Shown in pieces: positions 25,301 to 35,894 of a stretch of DNA of 64,000 bases. Source of the stretch: Macrostomum lignano (Eukaryota). The notes under the pieces are model-generated. The model did not search any database and was not told the origin of the DNA. It saw only the letters and a list, made by a program, of their open reading frames with translations. The stretch lies in contig NIVC01001942.1 of assembly GCA_002269645.1 (NCBI GenBank), positions 65,617 through 129,616 on the forward strand. Reading direction: 5' to 3'. Each line of letters opens with the position of its first letter. The stretch's first letter is position 1. Position numbers and translations under genes: made by a program.

Positions 25301-25678
25301 TCAGGTGATCATCAGCAGAGTTTCTCGCCAGATTCGCCTCTCGTTGACGACGCCGCTGACCTTCAGCGTAATGGCAGCGTCGCCACCAAGTTGGAGGCGG
25401 CCGAACAGCATCAATACCAGCATCTGCACCAGCACCTGCACCAGCAGAGCCTTCAGCACCATCTGCAGCATCAGCAGCATCTTCAGCCGCACCTGCATCA
25501 CCTGCAGCATCATTTTCATCAGCAGCACCAGCAGCTCGTGGAGTACCAGCATCATCAGCAGCTCCAGCCACAGCAGCAGCCGCAGCATCCGGTTGCTAAC
25601 CGCGGAATATGGTGCCTGGCCGAGTCTGCCGTGCCTCGGTCGCCGTATCATCATCCTGCCCTGCAGCTGGACAAGTGA
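19389..25678 (+). CDS. Irx: Iroquois-class TALE homeobox transcription factor, 5 exons
   Basis: Exons 19389-19613, 22066-22392, 23188-23541, 23765-23978 and 25305-25678, all GT-AG with phases 0,0,0,1. Homeodomain [44 protein letters not shown]|[16 protein letters not shown], acidic patch, and IRO-box-like [10 protein letters not shown] near the C-terminus. Exon 1 is less certain. Confidence 0.93.
19720..19940. repeat. 13-bp minisatellite AGTGTCAGATCCC in Irx intron 1
   Basis: Period 13 (for example 19864, 19877, 19890). Confidence 0.88.
20600..21900. repeat. 17-bp minisatellite CACAGGGAATCATCAGG in Irx intron 1
   Basis: Period 17 with variant units. Confidence 0.93.
23998..25262. repeat. 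Variable-unit minisatellite CTGCAGTGCAATGGACCCTCACT(CT)n in Irx intron 4
   Basis: Units of about 21-27 bp plus a longer variant. No stop codons in the plus-strand frames. Confidence 0.95.
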
Positions 25679-26250
25679 TAACCGCGGCTTCAGGTACAAA
25701 TGAAGGAGAATCGCCTTATTACAACATTAACAACCTGCTGTTCCCCTTATAACCGCTTCTAAACTGAACTGAGGCTATTTGTAATCTATCTATTAATTAT
25801 TGCCCATATTATAGTTCACAACGTACTTTTGCTTTTCTGTTTCAATTTTGTTTTGGCATTGCATATTGTGTGGTTTCACGTCCTGCAAATAGGGGAATCT
25901 GCATCATACAGCCTGTCACACTGCTTGCTAATATTATTTTCAAATCTGTCAGACACTATGCGCAGGAAAATTGTATTACTATCCACTCTTAACGGATCTT
26001 TATATCGTGGAATGATTCTATAATGAAGTTGTCCCCTTGCCTGATATGTTATTGTTCTGCTTTCAAGTGAGCTGAACCGAGGCCCGAATCTCTGCAGTTC
26101 AACTCGTTTGATTCGTTAAAGTAAAATTTCTGCTCAGCAAATATTTGAACTTGAATTTTATTGCTTCATAATTGGATTAGAATTGAAGTATTCTTATCTT
26201 GGACATTTATATTTTTAGTATGTATAACGATGGCAAATTTCGATAATGGT

Positions 26251-26502
26251 AAAGCTCGATAGAGGATGGGAAAGCTCGATAGAGGATGGGAAAGCTCGAT
26301 AGAGGATGGGAAAGCTCGATAGAGGATGGGAAAGCTCGATAGAGGATGGGAAAGCTCGATAGAGGATGGGAAAGCTCGATAGAGGATGGGAAAGCTCGAT
26401 AGAGGATGGGAAAGCTCGATAGAGGATGGGAAAGCTCGATAGAGGATGGGAAAGCTCGATAGAGGATGGGAAAGCTCGATAGAGGATGGGAAAGCTCGAT
26501 AG
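26251..26502. repeat. 20-bp minisatellite AAAGCTCGATAGAGGATGGG, about 12 copies
   Basis: Perfect tandem copies. Confidence 0.95.
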
Positions 26503-28378
26503 AATTCTAGATAACTAACTGGAAGCGAAGGCTTTTTTGGGGGGCGGACACAACCGGGCCGAGTGGGAGCCTGCATGTTTTCTGGCTGCCTTATTCAACA
26601 CTAATGTTTTCACTAATAATTGGCTGCTGTTATTAAGAGTAATATTTAATTCTTTAAGTTTATTTTTTTAATTAACAAGTCAGTGCTTATTAAGAGTCAC
26701 TAAAGGTATTTGTGACATATCTTAACAAAACTAATATTTTTGCAAAGCCGCAAAGTAAACACATAGGATCAGTAAAAAATCATAGTATGAACATAAATTA
26801 GCTGCTTAATCTAATCTATGAAGAAGATGCATCGCGGTACCATCGCCACTGCATCGCGGTACTTTCCGGCGATCGATTTCACCTGATGCATCGCGGTCAA
26901 ACTCGACGATTTCGTCGAGTCTCTTCCTGCCGACCGTCGAACGCGCCCAGCGCCAGCTGGACCAGCTTGTGAGCGTTGCTGCGAGCGTCGGCCTGGGGGT
27001 CAACACGCAGAAGACCGTCGTGCTTCGAATACCGAGACGCTGACAGGCAGGTGTCGAAGCTTCCGCACTGTCAGCAGTTCGTCTGCCTCGGCGGTCTGCA
27101 GACCATGGTGCTTGATGTTCCAGAGGACCTAGCACGTCGCCGTGGACTTGCTTGGGTTGCCTTCCGTTTCGTGAGGGCTGTCCTGCAGTCCGAGGCCCTG
27201 CCTGACCGCCAGAGGGCGGCGTTGTTCAAGGCGGTGATCGAGACCGTCCTGTTGTACAACACCGAGACCTGGACACTGACGGATTCGCTCGAACAGCAGG
27301 TCAATGCGGCGCACGCTGGCCTGTCTTTAAGATCGGCTGCGAGCACGTCACCAATGCGGGCTATATCGCCGCACTGGCCTGTCCCTTCCCAGCAAACTTT
27401 TGCGCCGTCCACGACTCCAGCTGGCAGGCCACATCATCCGAGCCGAGTCCTAAAGTCCACAGCCGGTGCAGGAAGTGCTGCTGCTGTCGCTGCAGGCACC
27501 CTACCGGCGGGGACAGGCACGCAGTCTGTGTTTCGTCGACTTCTTGCCGGCTAATGCCGGCGCCCCGGACTCTGCCGGCGGTGCGGCCGGCGGTTCGCGC
27601 CCAGGACCTGAAACGTGTGACGTTGTCCTTGTCTCTCATGACCATGACTCGCTGGAAGGGCACACCGGCACACCATCATTCCTTATTCAGAGTGTCGCTG
27701 TTTCTCCTGCGCTCACTAAGAATATTGTGACGTTGTGTGAAAATCGGTGGCAATAAAGTGCAACAGTTGAGATTCTGTCCTGGGTTGGTAGTTTACCCTT
27801 CGAATTCGTTGCGACCATTTTTCAAATAGTTGAAAATCATGCAAAGGAAGCACATGAGAAAATATTCTGCTTTCTGCTCCTGAAGATTGAACCGCTGGAT
27901 TTTTATTTGTAGTTGCATATCCAGATCCAGACCTGTAGTTGTAAGCTGCGTATTTATAAACCATTCTTTTTCTCTGACTCTGATATAGCATGTATCATAT
28001 CGAATCTTTATAAATTTTTCATTTAGGGTGAAGTGGAGAAGGCATCCTCAAAAGCATGCGAGCAAATGTACACCCAATGTGCATGCGTTCAGCTTTCAAG
28101 TGGGGGGCCTGATACCCCGTGTGCATCACAGACAAAGAAACAGCACTGATTTACCGGGGATCTTCCTTCCCCTCCGAAGGGTTTTTCTCCTGTCTAGGAC
28201 AAAAAACTTCCAAGCCTTGTGAAGAGCCTGCCCACCTCAAACCCCGCTTAGTCAGTGGGACTGAGATAGGGAAAGGCAGGCCGTTTAAACAAGCTAAAAT
28301 GACTCGGCCCGGTTGTGTCCGCTTTCGACCCACGAAAAAGTGAGCCTTCTCTTCCAGTTAGTTATCTAGAATTCTATG
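26498..28378. mobile_element. Non-autonomous TIR element, about 1.9 kb, containing an RTE-like fragment
   Basis: Left ATAGAATTCTAGATAACTAACTGGAAG.GAAGGCT...GCGGACACAACCGGGCCGAGT (26499-26564) is the inverted copy of 28302-28377. The right end reads 5'-CATAG on the minus strand. No convincing TSD. Confidence 0.7.
26900..27660 (+). pseudogene. 3' fragment of an RTE-like non-LTR retrotransposon reverse transcriptase
   Basis: RAQRQLDQLVSVAASVGLGVNTQKTVV followed by QFVCLGG...LARRRGLAWVAF...LFKAVIETVLLYNTETWTLT, typical of the RT C-terminal/thumb region of RTE-clade LINEs. Frameshifted. Confidence 0.75.
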
Positions 28379-29303
28379 ACTCGAATCAACAACACCGATT
28401 CCCGTGTATAAATTAATTAGCAAAACTGACAACCCGCCCACAGTTTTGCTTTCCCAATCCATCTCCTTCTCCTTCCACTCCCCCTGTGTTTCTGCAGCGT
28501 TACGAATCTGCTTCTCCTAGCAGAAGATTGCAAGATAGTTTCTACTTGGCAGCAACCGAAACCCTACCGAAACGTTGGGCGGCCATTGCGCGCGCCTGTT
28601 CCGATGGTTAGGGTGGATTTATTGGAAAGTTGGGAAATCCCAGCACTGGCCGTGTAATTCATCTGGCTTGTTGTCTCCGCTTTGAAAAGAAGAGAAATAT
28701 TCGAATTTATTGCTCAGGCTCTCGTGTTACCATGGTGGGGTTAGCCGGACTGGAAAAGAGCAGCAACAGGTGGTTTATGGGAGGCTTTTGTCTCCTGGCA
28801 GGTCAGCGAAAGCACACCCCCTCAGCCTCTCCGTGCCGCTTTCTTCAATAAGAATTTCGGCATTTTGGCTGAGCCACCAACCCAGCTATCTGCGAATTCT
28901 TGTCCGGAGAGACCGGGAAGCTGTATAGCTATTCACGCCCCATCAGTGATTAGCGATTCGACACCGGATTTGTGACTGGTGTGCTGCGCCTTCCTTCCTT
29001 TAGAACGAAAATAAAGGAAAAAAGGGGGAAAGCAGTGAATTGGGCAATAAAGCAAGAGGGAGAAGAGGTTGATAGCTGCTGGTGTGGTGGGGGGTCGCGC
29101 TTTGTTTATGGCCCACCAGCGGGGCCGTAATGACAGGGCGGCCGCTTTTACTGCTGGATAATGAGACCCCTGTCCGAGTTCGACAAAATGTTTTCTGCAG
29201 TTTAGTTTCGGCTTTTTTTATTATTTTCTTGTTTCTCGTTTCTCGACTTTGGCATGAAAGTATAGATGGATTCAAAAGTTTGAAACGATAAGCGATAAGA
29301 TGT

Positions 29304-29985
29304 GAGTAGTTAAGCTCCAATTATGAGTAGTTAAGCTCCAATTATGAGTAGTTTAGCTCCAATAATGAGTAGTTAAGCTCCAATTATGAGTAGTTAAGCT
29401 CCAATTATGAGTAGTTAAGCTCCAATTATGAGTAGTTAAGCTCTAATAATGAGTATTTTAGCTCCAATTATGAGTAGTTAAGCTCCAATTATAAGTAGTT
29501 GAGCTCTAATAATGAGTAGTTTAGCTCTAATAATGAGTAGTTAAGCTCTAATAATGAGTAGTTAAGCTCTAATAATGAGTAGTTAAGCTCTAATAATGAG
29601 TAGTTAAGCTCTAATAATGAGTAAGTTGAGCTCTAATAATGAGTAGTTGGGCTCTAATAATGAGTAGTTAAGCTCCAATTATGAGTAGTTAAGCTCTAAT
29701 AATGAGTTATTTAAGCTGCAATAATGAGTAGTTGAGCTCTAATAATGAGTTATTTAAGCTGCAATAATGAGTAGTTAAGCTCTAATAATGAGTTATTTAA
29801 GCTGCAATAATGAGTAGTTAAGCTCCAATTATGAGTAGTTAAGCTCCAATTATGAGTAGTTGAGCTCTAATAATGAGTATTTGAGCTCTAATAATGAGTA
29901 GTTAAGCTCTAATAATGAGTAGTTTAGCTCCAATAATGAGTAGTTAAGCTCTAATAATGAGTAGTTAAGTTTCAATTATGAGTAG
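29304..29985. repeat. 21-bp minisatellite ATGAGTAGTTAAGCTC(C/T)AAT(T/A)
   Basis: Tandem copies with point variants. Confidence 0.93.
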
Positions 29986-31299
29986 TTAGGTTCCAACAAG
30001 GCTCCAACACAAAGTTATTTATTGCAAAGAAGAGCTAAGCGTCAGGGTCATAGTTAGCTAATCTTAGCTAAGCTTCATAAAAGGAAGGGATTTGGCAAGC
30101 GCCTAAAAGATCCACTTTCAAAAGCTGCCAGTTTAGAGGCGGTAGTTTAGTAGTTCAGTCAATCGCTAGACGTCAGGATTATGCTATTAAGCGCCAAAAT
30201 GCCGCAGTTAAACGCCGGGAATAAAGTAGTTAAGCGGCAGCTAAATGATTCACCTAGAACGATATAATTTAGTTTTCTGTCAAGTTTCTTTCAAGTTTCA
30301 TGCTCTGTATATCAACTGAAACCATTGGACCCAAGAAAAAAAGAGAAAAAGCCAGACGGCCCAGCTAGCGCCAGTGCTATCAAAGCAAATCAAAGCGGAA
30401 AGCAAACTGTAATCATGTCGATGCAGCCATCAAGGTCCCTCAGGCTCCGGTGACCCCTCTCCAGACTCCGCCGTCCTCATCGCGACCCCCCGCCTAGAAG
30501 AAAAGCGGCGGGGCCAGAAGAGAGGCAGGAGAAAGCTAGCTGCAAATCTATATCGAGTAGCCAGAGAGCAGAAGAAAGCCGGGCAAATAAGAAAAAAAGC
30601 TCTCTTCCACTTCTAGTGGCGGAATGCGGTGGGTCACAGCAGCCTCTCGAGTCCTGACCCGCGCCCCCACAGATTCATTGCAATTTTCATATCCTCATTT
30701 CCACTCGCTTTCCCATCGTCCAGTTTCAATTCCGTACTGCGCTGATCAGTTTGAACAGTTCCAGCTATCAAGGTACGGCCCGTAGGATAAACAGCGCGGC
30801 TCCACTTTTCCTATAATGCGACCTCCGGGGGCCTCTCGGCCTCCTCTTCTCGTCATCCCGAATAGCAGCTGCGTGGGACCAGCGACTGCTTCTTATGCGT
30901 CCGCACTTCATTTCGCCGGCTGCCCCTCCCGCCGCTGCGCAAGATGGACCTGGCGTCACGCCGGAGGGAATGACGGCGTCAACGGCGGCGACGGCGGCGT
31001 GGAGTCGGGCGCTGGTGACGTCGGGGCGAGCGGCATCAACCTGCGCCAATCTAATGAATTTGAATATCATGTTTGCTTTTGTTGCTTATCTGGAATTGCT
31101 GATGTCAAATCTGATTGGATTTTGTACTATTGTTGCAATTAGCTGAACTGCCCCTCCATTCTGTTGCATCAGCAGCTACTGCCGAATTTTAATCAGAGAT
31201 TGAGGCGCTGAAAGAGGGTGATGCTCTCCTTACTGCACTTCCTTTCTCTATCTCCCAATTTTACCGCAACTCTCTCGCTCTCTACTTCCCTTCCTCTCA

Positions 31300-32080
31300 T
31301 CTATTCCCTTCTCCCTCTCTCCTCTCTCCCTCTCCTCTCCCTCTCTCCTCTCCCTCTCTCCTCTCCCTCTCTCCTCTCCCTCTCTCCTCTCCCTCTCTCC
31401 TCTCCCTCTCTCCTCTCCCTTTCTCCTCTCCCTCTCTCCTCTCCCTCTCTCCTCTCCCTTTCTCCTCTCCCTCTCTCCTCTCCCTTTCTCCTCTCCCTCT
31501 CTCCTCACCCTCTCTCCTCTCCCTCTCTCCCCATCTTCTCTCCTCTCCCTCTCTCCTCTCCCTCTCTCCTCTCCCTTTCTCCTCTCCCTCTCTCCTCACC
31601 CTCTCTCCTCTCCCTCTCTCCCCATCCTCTCTCCTCTCCCTCTCTCCTCTCCCTCTCTCCTCTCCCTCTCTCCTCTCTCCCTCTCTCCTCTCCCTCTCTC
31701 CTCTCCCTCTCTCCTCTCCCTTTCTCCTCTCCCTTTCTCCTCTCCCTTTCTCCTCTCCCTCTCTCCTCTCCCTCTCTCCCCATCCTCTCTCCTCTCCCTC
31801 TCCCCTCTCCCTCTCTCCTCTCCCTCTCTCCTCTCCCTCTCTCCTCTCCCTCTCTCCCCATCCTCTCTCCTCTCCCTCTCTCCTCTCCCTTTCTCCTCTC
31901 CCTTTCTCCTCTCCCTTTCTCCTCTCCCTCTCTCCTCTCCATCTCACCTCTCCTCCTCTCCCTCTTCTCCTCTCCCTTCTACCCTCTCTTCTCCCTCTCC
32001 CCCTCTCCCTCTCTGTCTCCTCCTCCCCCTCTACCTTTCCCTCTCCTCTCTCTCTCCCTCTACCCCTCCCTTTCTCTCTT
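31300..32080. repeat. CT-rich low-complexity/microsatellite tract
   Basis: (CTCTCCT/CTCCCT)n, almost purely pyrimidine on the plus strand. Confidence 0.95.
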
Positions 32081-33416
32081 CCCCTACTACTACTAATAAT
32101 AATGGTACTCGTAGTTATAACTATAATGATAATAGCAAAAAATATAATAATCAGAAACTTAAAGCAGAAAGCATTGCAAAATTGTCTTACAACTAAGAAC
32201 ACGAACTGGCTATACTGTTTTTCGCATTTCTCCTCCCCCGTTCCAGAATCCGAAGGACCCCCCGCGACGAGGGCGCGGGTAATTAGACCAGAGAATCTCC
32301 TGGTTGCCAGGCGCATCCCAATCGGAAGAATCCTCTGCCTTCCAACCAAAGAAATAAGATAGCTAATCGGCAAAGATCACAGGGGAGTCCCCGCTGAGTT
32401 GCCGGCGCAGTAGAACATGCCAGCGCCTGTAGATGCCTATATAGGATCCATCTCACCAGCACCTGTTTGCACTGCCCCATCGCAATCAAGCTTTACTAAG
32501 ATGTTCAGATAAAAGCAGTACAAGTCTAAATGACCAACAATCCGCCCCAAAATTCATACATTACCCCACCATAGTAATTAGCAGGTCCCAACAACACAGA
32601 ATTTATTCTATTCTAAAATCAACCGGACCGCTGCGTGGAGTGGGATATCGTTTGACTTTTTTCTCCTTTGTCCCACTCTCTTTCTCTCTGTCTCTCTCTC
32701 ATGTGTTTATCTGCCCGGCATCCGGGAGCCTGATTCCCTAACTGACCACCATGCCTCTCTCTACACTTTGTCTTTGCCTTATCATTGTCTGTAAGCAAGG
32801 GAGCAAGCAAACAACATTTTGGGTATTGCGCGATTATGAACTAAGAGGGGCCGGCCCCGATTCTGTGTGCTGTCTGCTAATCCTAGAAGAAGATCAAAAA
32901 CAGTAGCTAGCTGGGCTATCTGTGGCTATGCAAATTGCACATGCAAACATGCGCGGCCTGTGTATGCGCCCAGGTAAACCGCAACCAGCTTCAAGCCTTG
33001 GCTGTGCGGCCTGTGTCTGCAGTAGAGGACTACTCGAAAAATAGCAAAGAGGTTTTTGGTGCCGGGTCTGGGTAGGATCTGTAGAACCGCATCTAGTATC
33101 AGGCTGGATGTTGGATGGGCAAAATTTTACGAGTATAAGAAATGAAGCAAAACCAGAGATCCGGTATGGATATTTGGGGTGAAGTGGTTGCTCAATAGCT
33201 TCTAGACGATGGTTTAATGCGTTTAATTTAGTTTAAAAAATTGCTACACATATTTCAGTAGTATAAAAAGGTTACTAACAGCGGAATTTACTACCACCAA
33301 TACAACAACGCTTATAAGAACGATAACAACAACACAACAATAGTAGGAACGAAACAAGCACAAAACAAGAAAAAATAGCAGCAACCACGAAAACAGCATT
33401 AATAACAATAAAAGTA

Positions 33417-33820
33417 CACAATCTACCATTGTCTGACTCCAAAACCACAGACAAAATCTACCATTGTCTGACTCCAAAACCATAGACACAATCTACCATT
33501 GTCTGACTCCAAAACCATAGACACAATCTACCATTGTCTGACTCCAAAACCACAGACACAATCTACCATTGTCTGACTCCAAAACCATAGACACAATCTA
33601 CCATTGTCTGACCCCAAAACCATAGACACAATCTACCATTGTCTGACTCCAAAACCATATACACAATCTACCATTGTCTGACTCCAAAACCACAGACACA
33701 ATCTACCATTGTCTGACTCCAAAACCATAGACACAATCTACCATTGTCTGACTCCAAAACCATAGACACCTTCTACCTTTGTCTGACTCCAAAACCACAG
33801 ACACAATCTACCATTGTCTG
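33417..33820. repeat. 35-bp minisatellite ACACAATCTACCATTGTCTGACTCCAAAACCATAG
   Basis: Period 35 (33486, 33521, ...). Confidence 0.93.
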
Positions 33821-34039
33821 TATCTATATGTTAATATGTATATATGTCTATGTCTATATGTTAAAATAGTAGAAAGCATATTTTACCTGCCTTGCAAATC
33901 AATCCAATGCGAGTATACTAAAACTGAAGTTTTAGTCTATCTTAAGTTGCTAAATAATAATAATAATAATACTAATTGATTACACTTGCTCTAATGGCCA
34001 GATGTGCAACCGACAGCTCAGCCGCGCATCTGAAGGCTG

Positions 34040-34243
34040 CGTACGGCTGTTCAGTCCAAGGACTGGGGGTGGCCACACACACCCTCAATTACCCCAGCTA
34101 ATGCTGGCACCCATTTTACAGCTGGGTGAACTGAAGCAATGCAGAGTTAAGTGTCTTGCTCAAGGACGCGAATTCTTCCAGTGGAATCGGAATCGAACCC
34201 CCGACCTTCAAGTCGTGAGTCCGACGCTCTAACCACTTTGCCA
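34040..34243 (-). mobile_element. tRNA-derived CORE-type SINE
   Basis: Minus strand has A-box TGGCAAAGTGG and B-box GGTTCGATTCC, followed by GTCCTTGAGCAAGACACTTAAC...CTGTAAAATGGG, which matches the CORE (MIR-like) domain pattern. No tRNA acceptor stem. Confidence 0.78.
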
Positions 34244-35428
34244 AAACCTCTAAAAATCACTACTTGTCAGTTATCATATCCTATCTTATCTTATGGCATC
34301 TGGCATGCTTATAAAAAATCATAAAAAACTTTCCTCTAAAGTGCTAATTAATAGCCTGGCATTAATTAACTCACCTGCCTCCCAAACAGTTTTCTCTAGA
34401 AAGCATTGGCGCTTTTCAGGATGTCAAACTTACCATTTGAATTTTTTCTACAATAGAGAAATCTTATACACTTAATGCCTACGTGCGTGAGGCTCAGGCG
34501 TGGGCGTTGTGCGTGTATGCTCGATCGTATGTGAGTCAGCAAGGAGTGAAGCAGGTGAAGCAAGGATATAAAGACTTATACAGACAAAACATCTGGCATC
34601 TACGCGCATCTAAACCAGCAACTTAACCCCGATTCCCCAATGCTGGCTTTGCCCTAGGCCTATAACAATCAAGCGCCGAAATGAAGGGCGAATAAAGTTC
34701 CAAGAAGAAACTTAGAAAGAATAATTAAGGCTGAAGTTCCCGAGTTTCAACTGGCAATAGGCTTGAAAGAAGTGAGGCATTTTTAGTCTGAAGTAGCTAT
34801 AGAAGTAAGAAAGCTGAATGCTTTTCGTGTAGCGCGGCAGAGAGTTCTCCTATCTGTCTGTGTCTCTCACCCCCGCATTTGCGCATAAGCTGCGGTGGTA
34901 CAGTGTAGTCATAAATTATAAATGGAGCTCGTTTGACCGCGTGCGCGTTGTGTGCACGCTTGTACATTCAGTTTATATCAACGTTGCTGAGCGAAGCTCG
35001 GATTGAAAGTTCGCTGGCGCACAATGGCCAAGCCAATGGGGGCAAAGGCGAGAGATAGCGAGAGAGGTGGAGCGGCGGAAGGCTTTAAATCTAAGCAGCT
35101 TTAAATGGTGGATGCGAAATATCAGCTCGTTCGCGCTTAACTATCCGGGGTCGGACTGAGCGCGCGGTTTAGAGACAGTTTTCAGTTCGGAAGCCGCCAG
35201 TCTGCCTATCTGCCTTTACTGTTGTTTACCCAGCTAGCGCTATAAAGTTGAAAGCTGCCACTTTCCAAACTGCGTGCTGTGATCTAACAGCTTGGAGAAT
35301 CAGACTAAATCAAGCTACTTCTAGCCCGGACTGAAGCCTTGGCAGAATGGGAAGCGCTAACGACGTCGAGAAGCTCACTTTCGAAGTGAGACTGCCCAAT
35401 ATTGTGAGTCGAAATGCTATACTAAAAG

Positions 35429-35720
35429 ATTGTGTACACCCTGGAGCAACAATTTTGGCGACATTGACCCAAAACCAGCGCTGAGGCAGTTCTGCCCATT
35501 CCGCTGACTCCTGAGCACATGCCAGCGCCCCAGTACTGTACACAGGCACGCACTCATGCACACGCTCATATTGGCCTATCCCTCATGGGTGTGAATCGCA
35601 CAACCAACCCCGGCCAAGTTTTTACTCACAAGCTTCAAATTACGAACGTGGTGATGGCCGCGCACGGAATCGAGCCAGAGGTCGTGGCGCCAGAGCCTAA
35701 CCCTTGAGCCACTCTACCCC
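35429..35720 (-). mobile_element. tRNA-derived SINE of the local family, with an internal deletion
   Basis: Head with A-box TGGCTCAAGGG and B-box GGCTCGATTCC. The body TGCTCAGGAGTCAGCGGAATGGGCAG is shared with the copies at 12.3, 42.7 and 52.8 kb. Confidence 0.75.
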
Positions 35721-35894
35721 AAGATAGGAGTTAGAATTACATTCATAATTATCCACGTATTAACTGCAACTGGTGCTAATCGAAGTCCAGGATTAACTTC
35801 TGTTTCTTATTCAGTTCGCAGTTGACTTCAGCATCAGACTCTTAGGCCTCCTTTACCTGTCATTCAACACCCCTCTCGTACTCCTCAGAAACGC

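Noticed and set aside
31218-32373. Ser/Leu/Pro-rich and Glu/Arg/Gly-rich ORFs, likewise 61879-63067
   Set aside because: Translations of CT/GA low-complexity tracts.
34170-34243. tRNA gene; similar heads at 35650-35720, 48240-48310 and 52522-52580
   Set aside because: A and B boxes are present but no acceptor stem closes, and each continues into a SINE body.
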